DNA of 64,000 nucleotides from a virus (IMGVR_UViG_3300008952_000006:1-64000), one strand, 5' to 3'; positions 1 to 9,954 are shown, counted from the stretch's first letter. Notes: generated by a model from the sequence alone, not told the origin. Numbers and translations: made by a program.

Positions 1-19
1 CTAGTGCGTTCATTACTGT

Positions 20-583
20 TTATCCTTTGTTGCTTGCTAACAGGGCCGCCAAGCCACCGGCTCCACCAACGCCTGCGCCAATCCCAACATTAGTCTTTAA
101 TTGACGTTTGCGGTATTTACCCAACTCTTTACGCAGAAGCGCCTTATCAAGAGCCTTTCCGCCCATGTGGCCAGCTTTGCCGCCAAGAAGCCCGCCGATG
201 CCCGCGCCGCCAAGACCAATTAATGCCGCTTTTCCGGCGTCTGGTGCCGTATAGGCCCTCAATGCGTCAATATAAGCGTCATCTAACCCTGGTGTGTCGG
301 AGGTGCGCCCCATCTTCCAGCCTGCCTCCGCTTCAGCCTTTTCTGCCTTAGTCATCTTCGACCACACTGCCCGCATCTCCTTATTAGCCTTCAGCTGAGC
401 CCGACCGGCAGAGGTGAGTGCTGATCCAGCAACCCCACCTGCGTATGACCCGCCATATGCGCCAACACCTGCGCCTATCCGACGAAACTTTTTGCCTTCA
501 ACTGGCTTTTTGCCGTAGAGCATTCTGGCTAGGTACTCTTTAGTTAATTTCTTCTTTGCAGCGTATTTCTCTAATGCGTTCAT
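20..583 (-). CDS. MNALEKYAAKK-leader family protein with glycine-zipper hydrophobic segments (putative virion-internal protein)
   Basis: N-terminus MNALEKYAAKKKL; GxxxG-rich stretches; C-terminus GAGVGGAGGLAALLASNKG resembles that of 1339..1755. Confidence 0.6.
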   Translation of the reverse strand: MNALEKYAAKKKLTKEYLARMLYGKKPVEGKKFRRIGAGVGAYGGSYAGGVAGSALTSAGRAQLKANKEMRAVWSKMTKAEKAEAEAGWKMGRTSDTPGLDDAYIDALRAYTAPDAGKAALIGLGGAGIGGLLGGKAGHMGGKALDKALLRKELGKYRKRQLKTNVGIGAGVGGAGGLAALLASNKG

Positions 584-1329
584 TTTGTCATCCTAAAGTC
601 CAACTGCCCTCCGGGGCCAGTTGGTGTTGGGGGTTTTGGCTTCCTTTTGAGTGCGCGAGCGCCATGCGCGGTAGGGGCGGGTGAGTAGTTCACGCCCCCC
701 TTGGGTGCCCAAGCGGGCTTCATGCGTAAAAACTCTGGTACATTCATAGAAGACTTCTCATACTGGTCCTTATACATAGGCTCTTTCCCTTTAAGCTGTC
801 TCACCTGTCTATCGGTAAGATATCCGGACCAGCTCTCAGGCATAGACTGTCTCCTTACAGGGTCTGGGCCAGCAGGCCTATGCTTTAAACCATAACGCGG
901 CGGGTAGAACTCAGACCCGGGAGAGGGTGTTATCCCTCTGCGCTTAAGGTAATCTCCATAGCCTTGCAGATCGGTCAGGTCGTCTAACTCTTTCTTGGTG
1001 AACGAAGTGTGCGTTGACCGACCCAGGCCCTCCAGAGGAGTTGACGTCAGGCCCCAGCCCTTTTCTTTTCTGACAGCGTTGGAAGCTCTTGCGAGAGCCG
1101 CTTTATTACTAGCGTACTGAGGGTTCTGGAGGATGACTTCCCCTGTCTGGGGAACATTCGTAGCAGTTGCGGGAAATACCTTCTTTCTGAACCCAACGCC
1201 TTGTGGGTATTCGCCTTTTCTATCACTAGTAATAGCTGCCCGGGTGTGCGGGACGGAAGGCCCCGTTGTCCAGGATGCTAACTTCGTAATTAAACGACGT
1301 TTTGCTAGATACCTCGCAAAGGCGTTCAT
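580..1329 (-). CDS. MNALEKYAAKK-leader family basic protein
   Basis: N-terminus MNAFARYLAKRRLITKLA; K/R/P-rich body; stop overlaps start of next gene. Confidence 0.6.
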   Translation of the reverse strand: MNAFARYLAKRRLITKLASWTTGPSVPHTRAAITSDRKGEYPQGVGFRKKVFPATATNVPQTGEVILQNPQYASNKAALARASNAVRKEKGWGLTSTPLEGLGRSTHTSFTKKELDDLTDLQGYGDYLKRRGITPSPGSEFYPPRYGLKHRPAGPDPVRRQSMPESWSGYLTDRQVRQLKGKEPMYKDQYEKSSMNVPEFLRMKPAWAPKGGVNYSPAPTAHGARALKRKPKPPTPTGPGGQLDFRMTK

Positions 1330-1338
1330 TAGTTACCC

Positions 1339-1755
1339 CTACTTATTAGCTAATAAAGCGGCTAAACCACCGGCTCCAGCTAAACCACCGGCCCCAGCGC
1401 CACCAATAGCCAGTTTCTTATTAACCGCTGCTCGGTTAGCGAGATACGCTTTGTTGGCACGGTGGCCTTTAATGCTACCGAGTACCGCTCCGCCTGTCCC
1501 GCCCATGGCCGCGCCACCGATGGGGAGGAGAGCACCTCGCACGTAATTAGCAGCAGTCGGTGGACCCTTAAGTCCTACCTCATGCCTAAACACGGCCTTT
1601 GCGCCACCCGCGCCAGCCAGCGCCCCTAACAAAGCTCCAAGAGCCTCTTGCTTGCCCTCTGACATGGGTTTCTTCCCATAGAGGATAGTGGATAGTCTTT
1701 CGACCATCTTTTTAGTTAATTGTTTCTTAGCTGCGTACTTTTCTAAGGCATTCAC
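1339..1755 (-). CDS. MNALEKYAAKK-leader family glycine-zipper protein (GTG start)
   Basis: VNALEKYAAKKQL starts at GTG 1755 with a GGGAG RBS; shares LYGKKP and C-terminal GAGGLAALLA with 20..583. Confidence 0.6.
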   Translation of the reverse strand: MNALEKYAAKKQLTKKMVERLSTILYGKKPMSEGKQEALGALLGALAGAGGAKAVFRHEVGLKGPPTAANYVRGALLPIGGAAMGGTGGAVLGSIKGHRANKAYLANRAAVNKKLAIGGAGAGGLAGAGGLAALLANK

Positions 1756-1774
1756 TGGAAACTCCCTTGTTTCT

Positions 1775-2557
1775 TTATCGGTTGAGGTACTTCTTTGCGC
1801 CCACTGCTGCGGCACCTGTGCCAACAGCGGCGGCGGCAGGAAGTTTAAGTCCTTGGCGGATCTGTCCAGCAGCATCTTGCTTAAAGCCTTGTCCGATCCA
1901 GGGCGAATAAGGATGTCGCTCAGATATTAAACCTGATGGGGGATTTAGTCTTGTTCCTTTTGGTTTCCCTGCGTAAGCCTTAAATCGAGTTGATTCAGTC
2001 TCGGGGTATTTAACTGCGGAACGAGACCTTGGGTTCACAAGAGGTTTGTGAGGAGCGAACATGGAAGTGGTAGGATCTTTCTTCAGGTATTTAGCGTAAG
2101 CCTTGCCAGCAGGAGTATCCAACGGGATTCCACGACTTTGGACCGTGCTGAGTTCTTGCGCTCTACGCATAGTTGATGCTGGCACATCTGTAACTAGCTT
2201 ATCCATTTGTGTGGTAGGGGATCCAGTCCGACTTGTTACACCTCTGCCGCCTGTCTCTCGCAGCATTTTAGCAAGTGCTTCCTGGCCTGAAGAGCCCTTG
2301 GCATAGGTTGCGGTTCCAACGTCCCGGTGTCCCCTAGCTAGTCCCGGTATGTAGTTTCCTTCCCCGGCTTTCTGAGCTGTTCTGGCGAGCCTGTAGTCTT
2401 TGACTGCTTGGGGTAGGTTCATGGTTGCTTTTCCAAGCCCCTTAAGACCTTCGTATGCTGCTTTTCCTCCCCGAACTACTGCGCTCCAGGAGGGGCCAGA
2501 AGTCTTTAACAAGCCAGCAAGGCGTTTCTTGGCTGCGTATTTTTCTAAAGCGTTCAT
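1775..2557 (-). CDS. MNALEKYAAKK-leader family basic protein
   Basis: ATG 2557 with AGGAGG RBS; MNALEKYAAKKRLAGLLKTS; hydrophobic Ala/Gly C-terminus. Confidence 0.6.
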   Translation of the reverse strand: MNALEKYAAKKRLAGLLKTSGPSWSAVVRGGKAAYEGLKGLGKATMNLPQAVKDYRLARTAQKAGEGNYIPGLARGHRDVGTATYAKGSSGQEALAKMLRETGGRGVTSRTGSPTTQMDKLVTDVPASTMRRAQELSTVQSRGIPLDTPAGKAYAKYLKKDPTTSMFAPHKPLVNPRSRSAVKYPETESTRFKAYAGKPKGTRLNPPSGLISERHPYSPWIGQGFKQDAAGQIRQGLKLPAAAAVGTGAAAVGAKKYLNR

Positions 2558-2567
2558 TAGAAACCTC

Positions 2568-2978
2568 CTAAAGACCAGCACCCATGCGGTAGAATGTGGA
2601 CTTATCTTTTGGTTTCATATTCTTTGGGGGAGATAAGAACTTCTGAACAATGCTAGGCTTAGTTGCAGGAGCTTTAGGCGTTGGGTTGACCGGCGTCAAA
2701 CCACTCACGAGCTTCTTTTCTTGTGGGTAGTGTTTGGGCGGGCTGATCTTAGCCATGTTCTTCTTGATTTCTTCCCGCGTTCTAGTGGGCTTGGTAAGAG
2801 GTTGGGGACCCCTAAGTTTTGGGAACTTCATTGTCTTCTTTAGTTCCGCCTTCCTCGCCTCAAACTTGCGAGCCGCTACTAGCTCAGGGGATTCAGTCAT
2901 GTCGGGCATAGCCCTTTTTTGCAGTAAAAGCTGCACCAAGTGTCTTTTCGCTGCATATTTGTTCAATGCGTTCATCAT
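2568..2978 (-). CDS. MNALEKYAAKK-leader family basic protein
   Basis: MMNALNKYAAKRHLVQLLLQKRA; K/P-rich body. Confidence 0.6.
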   Translation of the reverse strand: MMNALNKYAAKRHLVQLLLQKRAMPDMTESPELVAARKFEARKAELKKTMKFPKLRGPQPLTKPTRTREEIKKNMAKISPPKHYPQEKKLVSGLTPVNPTPKAPATKPSIVQKFLSPPKNMKPKDKSTFYRMGAGL

Positions 2979-3069
2979 AGTAAGGGCTCTCCTTTTAATT
3001 AAGCGATAATACGTCAATAGAATAATAAAGGGAACCTGTTTAGGAGCCCCGTTGCAAGTATTCTACAAC

Positions 3070-3411
3070 TTATAGTCGCATGTTCGTATCCTTTAATAGC
3101 TCATCCTTTATATCTCTACTAATAGGGTCAACTCTACGCCCCGAACCAACAACGCGATAAAACCCAGCAACCTTCGATTGGTGTACCAAAAGAATGTCTG
3201 GGGACACAAAGGCAAGAAACCTAATGTGGTGCGTTCCCTGGTCAAAGGAGTAAGTAGTAAATACCTCATTACGGTTAGGACCTATAGTAGAATATTCAGT
3301 TAACCCACTATTAGCATCTGTCTGCCAAAATTGCCCGTCTACCTGAGTATGAGTCTGGGTCCCAGAGAAACGGGTAATAGGTGTCCAAAGCTGTGTATAC
3401 GTATTAGTCAT
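3070..3411 (-). CDS. hypothetical protein
   Basis: 113-aa ORF directly after the tape-measure-like gene on the same strand. Confidence 0.5.
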   Translation of the reverse strand: MTNTYTQLWTPITRFSGTQTHTQVDGQFWQTDANSGLTEYSTIGPNRNEVFTTYSFDQGTHHIRFLAFVSPDILLVHQSKVAGFYRVVGSGRRVDPISRDIKDELLKDTNMRL

Positions 3412-3416
3412 AATAA

Positions 3417-6400
3417 TTACTCACTGCTCCAATAAACTCCCCAACCACCACCGGACGGGAGCTTCTGCACAATACGTTCAAGATTGTCAGCAAAACCAGA
3501 TAAGGCATCTGTAACCCGCGTGGCTGCGTCATTAGCCGATCCGCCCCTATTTGTAGTAGGTCTGACAGGGGTTGTTTGCCCAGCAAGGTTAGACACAAGG
3601 TCTTGGACTGAATAACCGTCATCAGTGGCACCCTCGGTAGCAACACCGCGAGCGATCTGGTCTGCTAGTTGGGAAGCCTCTGCCCCAGTCGGGTTCTTGC
3701 CCGCAGCATGCATAATGTCTCTGGCTGTGTCTTCAAGCATTCCCTCTAGTCTTGGGGTCAAGCCTTTAGCGTTTGTGCCCCTAAGGAATTGTTTTTCTTT
3801 CGTAGTTAGGTTGTTGAAGGCCGGGTCATGGCTAACACGAGCTAAAAACTTGGCGGGGGAGCCTTTACTCTGCTCCCACTGCTTGCTGTAGCGCATTGCT
3901 GCGCCCATTGTAGCCGCCATGTCACCGGATAAGGCTGTTCCGCCCTTGCCGAGGGCTGTTTGGGTGCGTCTCGCACGGTCATCAGAGATACTGAGCCCGC
4001 CTTCATCGCCTTCGGACAGAAAGGACTTTGCGAAATCCTGCATAGCCGCCGACTCCATATCCCCAGCCACAATAGTCCCATCAGCATTAAATGCTCTTTC
4101 ATATTTCTCCTGAATGCCCTTGAAAGCGCTCAGTTTCCGGTAGCCCCCACGCATGGCAGCAATGCGAAGGGCGGCGACATTTTGCCCAGACTCACCTTGG
4201 TCGCGCCTAACCTTACTTAACCGGGCCTGTCTCGCGACGTTAAATTGCTCAGCGTCGTCATAACCAGTAATACTGGTCCCTTGGGACAGCGCTGTGCTCC
4301 CCGGCTTGGCCGAATCGCGGCCTACCTGATCATCTAACAAGGCCTGAGCGTATTTCTGTGGGTCCGAGCCCCCAAAATCCATACCCAAATCTTGCAACTC
4401 TCCGGACAGCGCAATCGCGGTCTGGGTATCACCCCTCTGGTATAGCCTTCGATTTCTGGCTACAGCGCGGCTAAAGTCCCTGCCTTTACCGCTCTGACTC
4501 AGGACATTAGCAGTTATCTGCTCAAATGCCCCACCGCCCGCAAGAGTTGCTCCTCCGGTATTGGCGTTTTTCTCCAGCAAGCCTGTTAATCGTCTCTGGG
4601 CGAAGGCCATAGCTTCTTCGGGGGACCTTCTATTCCGGTTGCCGCCTGTTAAGCTTCCTTTTAGTGCGCCCTCAAAGCCCCTGCCTCCCTCAGCCGCAAT
4701 CAACATGTAGGCGTCTTGGGCGGTAGTGCCAGATTTCGCCATGAACTTTTCAAGAAGAACATGATCTTCAGGTGCTCCGCCAGTGCCTTTTATTTCTTTT
4801 AACCACTGCTGCACTTTTCCTTGTGGGGTCTTCTCATAAAGCTGGCCCATTTGCCCCGTGTTCATGGTGCGCATCATGTTTTCAGCGCTTGTTTGTCCCG
4901 CTGTTGTTAGAAATGTCTGCCGCCCCGCAACACCAGCCTGCCCCGAAGCTTCAAATGTACCTGCAAGAGGTAAGCCTCCGTCCGGGCCAGTGATGGGGGA
5001 GGTTGTCTCTAAGGCACCATCACCCAATATGCCCATCTGACCAAGATTGCTGATCAAGCGTGCATTATCACCAGTAATAGCGTTGGTTACATTAGGGGCT
5101 AAACCCATCCGCCTAGCATTGGCTGGGCCGACGTTGCTTACTAAATCATAAGCCATCAAGGGAGTGGATGCTGCGCCCAGCACCGCCCCCGCGCCACGCA
5201 TGGCTAAGCCGCCGAGACGCATGCCCCCGCCAATCATCCGCCCCGTCCCAGAGATCCCCCCGAGCCCACCTACTCCAAGTGGGCCGGTAGCCAAAGTGCC
5301 GGGGAAGACGCCCGCACGTGCCCCGCCGCTTATCATATTAGGGCCAGCGCCAGTAATACCTTGACCTGCCCAGCTTGTCGCAGCACCCGCAGCGCCAAAG
5401 ATATTGCGGCCACCCTGGAAGCCGCGCATCCACGAAGCACCAGCAAGGGCTGTTTGCGCAGGCTCATATTGTGGGAGGCCCATGCCACCGCCAGCTAAGT
5501 CAGAAAAACTAGTGCCCGGAGACGTAGCGCCTATGCGAAGGCCGGTAGGCGTGAAGCGGTTAGCCGCACGACCCAACCATCCGCGAGCAGGTTCACCACC
5601 GCCCCAACCAAAACCACCAGTCATCCCCGAACCCATATTCATACGGGTTGTCCAGTCATTTCGAGCAAAGGTATTGCCTGACTGCTGTAGATTAGACATG
5701 CCAGTATTAAAGCCCTGCATCTGCATGGCAGAGATACCGCCTGGATTAGTTGCTCCAGTAACAAATTGATTAGTCACATCCTCAACTGCGTCTTGCGCAT
5801 ATTGAGTCATGTTGGCACCCATCCGCTGGAACTTCTCACGGATTGGTTTGGTTAGGGTGTCCATCGCTGTGCTGATGATCTGGCTAATACTGGTCGGTCC
5901 TTGGCCTTCTTCAAAACCAGCGCGTGCTTCGGACAACATCTTATTACGAAGTTGGCCGGTGTTGGATGCGAGCATGTCCATGGCTCGGAGGTCATTACGG
6001 TTGAGCCCCGTAAGAGCACGGCGCAATGTCTCGGGCGTTTGACTTTGGTCTGATGCTCCTCTGAGCGCTCCGGAAATAGCTTGAGGCCCAAATTCGGAGA
6101 TGAACTGCCCTGCGATCTCACCACCACGAGCATTAAGCATATCCCTCTGTCGGCCACCGGAGATATTCCGGTTGTACGCAGCTTGAATCTCTTGCCAGCT
6201 CATGTTCCCAGAGGCCATTTGAGAGGCCATCCCAGTGTCAAATTGACCGCCAGGGGTCATCATCGCCCCTAATACTGTCTTGCCTTGTCTTGACCCGAGG
6301 AACCTAGTGGCTGCTTGTGTATATCTACCCTGCGCTGCGCCGGTCACTCCTTTGATGAGACCATGGCGCTCTGTGTAGCCATAAACACCGGCAGAAACCA

Positions 6401-7280
6401 TAGCTCCGGTAGCTGCTTGCATGGGATCTATGCCAGTAGAGCGTCCAAACTGTGCTCCTGCACCTGCTAGTCCCATCATTCCTTGTGGAGATATATTGGC
6501 TGCTTGGCCAATGCTCTTCATGGTTCCGAGGAATCCTGCTGCTTGGTCTCCTGATACGCCCATACCACTAACGGACTGCATTGCTTGTTGAGCTTGTTGT
6601 AATGATGTGTTCATTACTGTGGCTACATTGCGTACGTTATTCATTAATTTATTAAAGGACTGGGAAAATTGAGTAAGGGTTTGGGTGTCGATGGCTCCGC
6701 TATGCACACCTTGTTGCATAACAGCAGTAATCTCTCGTAAATTACCCATGCCCATACGTGATTGGGCTTCGACTTGGCCAGCCATCATGCCCATGCCTCT
6801 TGAGCCCATACCGGGGAACATTTGAGACATTTGGGAGTTGAGCATGCCGCGATTTTGCGCACCAGCCACCATGTGATCAGTGGCATAGTTAGCCATAGCG
6901 CCCATGCCCATGTAGGCACCTACGCCCATGGCTCCCATACCTACGGCAGCACCTATGCCTTGGCGAGAAAACCCTTGAAGTCCTAAGTTGGCTACACCGG
7001 AGAAGGGGTCAAGGATACGAGGGCCAAAATTCATCATGGCCATACCGGACATAGCTGCAACGCCATATCCAGGGGCTCGAGCCATTTGTGTGCCGATGGC
7101 ACCAGCCTGTAGGCCTGCCTGTGCTCCATAAGCAGTTTGGCGCGGGTCGTTAACGCCCATGCCACCAAAGCTTTGATACCCATACTGAGCGGAGACTGCT
7201 TGGGCATAAGCAGCAGATGCACTAAACATCCCTACTTGGGACTGAATAATATTGCTAATCTCAGTACTGGTAATTGGCAT
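3417..7280 (-). CDS. tape-measure-like tail protein
   Basis: 1287 aa, G/A/M/Q-rich, helical, with glycine-rich hydrophobic central segments; composition typical of phage TMPs. Confidence 0.6.
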   Translation of the reverse strand: MPITSTEISNIIQSQVGMFSASAAYAQAVSAQYGYQSFGGMGVNDPRQTAYGAQAGLQAGAIGTQMARAPGYGVAAMSGMAMMNFGPRILDPFSGVANLGLQGFSRQGIGAAVGMGAMGVGAYMGMGAMANYATDHMVAGAQNRGMLNSQMSQMFPGMGSRGMGMMAGQVEAQSRMGMGNLREITAVMQQGVHSGAIDTQTLTQFSQSFNKLMNNVRNVATVMNTSLQQAQQAMQSVSGMGVSGDQAAGFLGTMKSIGQAANISPQGMMGLAGAGAQFGRSTGIDPMQAATGAMVSAGVYGYTERHGLIKGVTGAAQGRYTQAATRFLGSRQGKTVLGAMMTPGGQFDTGMASQMASGNMSWQEIQAAYNRNISGGRQRDMLNARGGEIAGQFISEFGPQAISGALRGASDQSQTPETLRRALTGLNRNDLRAMDMLASNTGQLRNKMLSEARAGFEEGQGPTSISQIISTAMDTLTKPIREKFQRMGANMTQYAQDAVEDVTNQFVTGATNPGGISAMQMQGFNTGMSNLQQSGNTFARNDWTTRMNMGSGMTGGFGWGGGEPARGWLGRAANRFTPTGLRIGATSPGTSFSDLAGGGMGLPQYEPAQTALAGASWMRGFQGGRNIFGAAGAATSWAGQGITGAGPNMISGGARAGVFPGTLATGPLGVGGLGGISGTGRMIGGGMRLGGLAMRGAGAVLGAASTPLMAYDLVSNVGPANARRMGLAPNVTNAITGDNARLISNLGQMGILGDGALETTSPITGPDGGLPLAGTFEASGQAGVAGRQTFLTTAGQTSAENMMRTMNTGQMGQLYEKTPQGKVQQWLKEIKGTGGAPEDHVLLEKFMAKSGTTAQDAYMLIAAEGGRGFEGALKGSLTGGNRNRRSPEEAMAFAQRRLTGLLEKNANTGGATLAGGGAFEQITANVLSQSGKGRDFSRAVARNRRLYQRGDTQTAIALSGELQDLGMDFGGSDPQKYAQALLDDQVGRDSAKPGSTALSQGTSITGYDDAEQFNVARQARLSKVRRDQGESGQNVAALRIAAMRGGYRKLSAFKGIQEKYERAFNADGTIVAGDMESAAMQDFAKSFLSEGDEGGLSISDDRARRTQTALGKGGTALSGDMAATMGAAMRYSKQWEQSKGSPAKFLARVSHDPAFNNLTTKEKQFLRGTNAKGLTPRLEGMLEDTARDIMHAAGKNPTGAEASQLADQIARGVATEGATDDGYSVQDLVSNLAGQTTPVRPTTNRGGSANDAATRVTDALSGFADNLERIVQKLPSGGGWGVYWSSE

Positions 7281-7474
7281 TAGTTAGCCTTTTTTCTAAG
7301 CTGTTTCTTAATCTGGGTGAGTTCACCAGTTTGAGTATCGATCTTCCTGTCAACAGACTCGATCTTACTTTCAAGAGATGTCAGGCGGTATTGTGTGGAG
7401 TAGTAAAAGCCACCAAGTAATGCGACGAGGCCGCCAACAGTCAATATCGTCTTGATATCCAAAGTGAATTTCAT
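7280..7474 (-). CDS. small membrane protein (one TM plus coiled coil)
   Basis: ILTVGGLVALLGGFYY followed by heptad repeats. Confidence 0.55.
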   Translation of the reverse strand: MKFTLDIKTILTVGGLVALLGGFYYSTQYRLTSLESKIESVDRKIDTQTGELTQIKKQLRKKAN

Positions 7475-7475
7475 A

Positions 7476-8042
7476 TTAGAGCCCTTTCTTAGATATCACT
7501 CGGAGGGCCTTGCTAAGCCACCCGGGTGCTCGAGGTGTTGAACGACTGACACGGCTCGACGGTATGTCCTTGTTGGACTGCACACCCAGAAGAAGATGAT
7601 CGGGGTCCCGCCGTAGAGTTAACCCACGGCCCTCAACCGCCAGAGGTTGGTAGCCTTGGAAAGTTTTCCAACCTTTACGAGCCCCCTCCAAGATACCTAA
7701 GATACTCTTTTTTCCGGGTTTGGACCGGCTGCCCGATTGCAGTGCTGCTATGATGTTACGTCGCCGTTTAGGATCGAGTGCCGTCCCATAAATCCGGGCC
7801 AAGTTTCTAGACCTGGACATTGTTACTTGCTGCTTCGTGTTCTTCTTGAATTGCTTGGTCATGGGATTGTCATGACCGATCAGGTCGCCAGCGGCCTGGA
7901 CTGCGCCCGTACCGCCTTTTGATGCCAGAAGCCCTTCCCGTAGGATCTTCTCCTCCACAGCACTCGGAGCCCCATGATAGTACGTTCCGCGCCAAGCTAT
8001 CTTCTCAAGTTCAAGACCAATCTTTTTAATATCAGGCTCCAT
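7476..8042 (-). CDS. ADP-ribosyltransferase/Tpt1-like fold protein with ELEKIA N-terminal motif
   Basis: YYHG..ILREGL..VTMS....ARIYG pattern of the ART fold. Confidence 0.5.
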   Translation of the reverse strand: MEPDIKKIGLELEKIAWRGTYYHGAPSAVEEKILREGLLASKGGTGAVQAAGDLIGHDNPMTKQFKKNTKQQVTMSRSRNLARIYGTALDPKRRRNIIAALQSGSRSKPGKKSILGILEGARKGWKTFQGYQPLAVEGRGLTLRRDPDHLLLGVQSNKDIPSSRVSRSTPRAPGWLSKALRVISKKGL

Positions 8043-8053
8043 ATGGTTTTCCT

Positions 8054-8518
8054 TTACTTGGAATGCACGGGCATTTTGGCCAATAAAGAGGGCCTTGCCA
8101 TAGTTCCCTCACGCAGAGGGGGCTTGCCGTAGTTCTTCAAGGCTCTTTTAGCTGACTGCGCCCATGATTGATTACCATGTATTTTTTGAATCGTCGGAGT
8201 AGGGGGCTTGTAGTTGTGCACCTCTTTCATTGATTTGAGGTGCGCTGGTTTATTATAAAAGTCCCAGTCCTTTTGGGTAGGCCTTCTGACAATCGGGCGC
8301 TTCCCCGGTCCAGCGTTCAGCATATCTGACCTCTTCTGGCTGCTGAAGTAGGCGGTGTTCTTACCTGCCTTGTGAGCCATTCGTTTCCCCTGCACATACC
8401 TTTGGAGGTTGGGCTCCAGTTTGCTAATCGCATCCCAGCCCAGCTGTAAGATCTTCTTCTTGCTAGCAAGCTTCTCAACTAACAGCTTCTTTGCGGCATA
8501 TTTTTCTAGAGCATTCAT
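8054..8518 (-). CDS. MNALEKYAAKK-leader family basic protein
   Basis: MNALEKYAAKKLLVEKLAS. Confidence 0.6.
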   Translation of the reverse strand: MNALEKYAAKKLLVEKLASKKKILQLGWDAISKLEPNLQRYVQGKRMAHKAGKNTAYFSSQKRSDMLNAGPGKRPIVRRPTQKDWDFYNKPAHLKSMKEVHNYKPPTPTIQKIHGNQSWAQSAKRALKNYGKPPLREGTMARPSLLAKMPVHSK

Positions 8519-8970
8519 ATGGCTTTCCTTTGGGGTGTGGGGAGCCTAAGACGGAGACCGGGAGGGGTATCCGAAGGCTTGTAGATTGTTTTTACTACAT
8601 GTCTGGGCATCTTTTTCCCTACATCACCGATAATAGCGTGTCCGCGACCCGGCCATGTATAATGATACGTCATTCCCTTTCGTAGTCGCATCTTCAATAA
8701 AGATTTACGAAGGGCCTTGATTTCTTTATCGGTAATTGTTGAGCGTTGTTGGGCTCTCTGTTCCACATGACCAAGCATCTTTGCTAGTTTCGTCTTGCTT
8801 CGGTTAGCTATTGCCTTCTTCATCCTTAGAAGCTGTTTGGGGCCCATTTTATCTAAACAGGTTGTGCCTGTTAGCTTCTTAGACCACCGCTTGAACTTGG
8901 GGTCATCATCCCAAGGAATCTTAGCCTCAGTAGCCAGTCTGTGTATCTCTTGTTTACTCACCGATGGCAT
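8515..8970 (-). CDS. basic protein, possible C-terminal BECR/RelE-like RNase domain
   Basis: After KTKLA: HVEQRAQQR ... VVKTIY, resembling the H-x3-R-x3-R / V-x-T pattern. Confidence 0.35.
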   Translation of the reverse strand: MPSVSKQEIHRLATEAKIPWDDDPKFKRWSKKLTGTTCLDKMGPKQLLRMKKAIANRSKTKLAKMLGHVEQRAQQRSTITDKEIKALRKSLLKMRLRKGMTYHYTWPGRGHAIIGDVGKKMPRHVVKTIYKPSDTPPGLRLRLPTPQRKAI

Positions 8971-9567
8971 CCAGCATCTCCCAACGCAGTATATTACTAT
9001 TATCCGGTATAAGCATCATGAGTTCTAGTACCTAGGGCTCGAAATGTACAACACAAGAGGGAAACCTCGCTTAAAAAATAAGGAGTCTACTATGGACTGG
9101 AGACAAACAGGGAAACTAATCTTTGCGGGCATCGTTATACCTATCGCTGTGCAAGTTGCATCACAACTAGCAGCAGCCTGGGCTGAAGAAATAACTCGGA
9201 AAACGAAACACCCAATCAGGATTAATTTCTAGTGTCGGCAGCATTATTGCTGTTCCTCGCTTTTCTAGTGTCATGGGCTCTTATGTACCCAGGTGGCCCC
9301 CTGGGATTTATAATGCTCTACCGAGTATCATACTACGTCACATCCAGTATAAGAACTTCTACGGAAAATATATCTGAAGGCCCCTTTGGGGGCATTTGGG
9401 TAAAAGTTCCGAACGAGGACTTCTGGATAAGACAGGACAAAGATGTCCATCACGAACTACTGAGTCATCTAGCGGATAGTCTGGCTAATAACCTTGGCTT
9501 CCGCAATGGCTTGGCACGTATCGACAAAACCCAAACCTCCTTCAGGTTCAGGTAAAATAAGCCTTAT

Positions 9568-9954
9568 TTGTATTACTCGGTAATATGCAAAATAGGCTGC
9601 GCTTCTTGGCATAAGAATCATGGAAGAAACTTAACCCTTAGTTCTGGAGACCCCATGTCTAATGCCTCTGTAAGCGCAGCCGTCCTACCCCACAAAGGAG
9701 GACTGTTCCTCAGTGATGAGGAACTCGAATTGGTCATCGACCACGCACCCCACGTAGATTCTCACCCAAACAACCCGGAAGGGTGGTTGGTGTGGGCGGC
9801 GTGGATGCCGACCAAATCCCAACAGCTGGGCGACCCCGACGCGCAGGTTGCTCACTTAGATAATGGGAAATGGCTTTGGTGGGTACCTAAGCAGGTCAAC
9901 CTGACCACAGGCGTGGTCACCCCGGCCTTTTTCGAGATCAAGCACCACCCTTAG
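9568..9954 (+). CDS. hypothetical protein (true start probably ATG ~9655)
   Basis: ORF downstream of the promoter motif; GGAG RBS before MSNAS. Confidence 0.5.
   Translation: MYYSVICKIGCASWHKNHGRNLTLSSGDPMSNASVSAAVLPHKGGLFLSDEELELVIDHAPHVDSHPNNPEGWLVWAAWMPTKSQQLGDPDAQVAHLDNGKWLWWVPKQVNLTTGVVTPAFFEIKHHP
9587..9615 (+). promoter_or_regulatory. recurrent phage promoter motif GCAAAA-N15-GGCATAAG
   Basis: One of about 12 copies at the starts of plus-strand gene blocks. Confidence 0.7.

Noticed and set aside
3625-6272. Many plus-strand ORFs antisense to the tape-measure-like gene
   Set aside because: Shadow ORFs of a Gly/Ala-rich gene with no RBS or motifs
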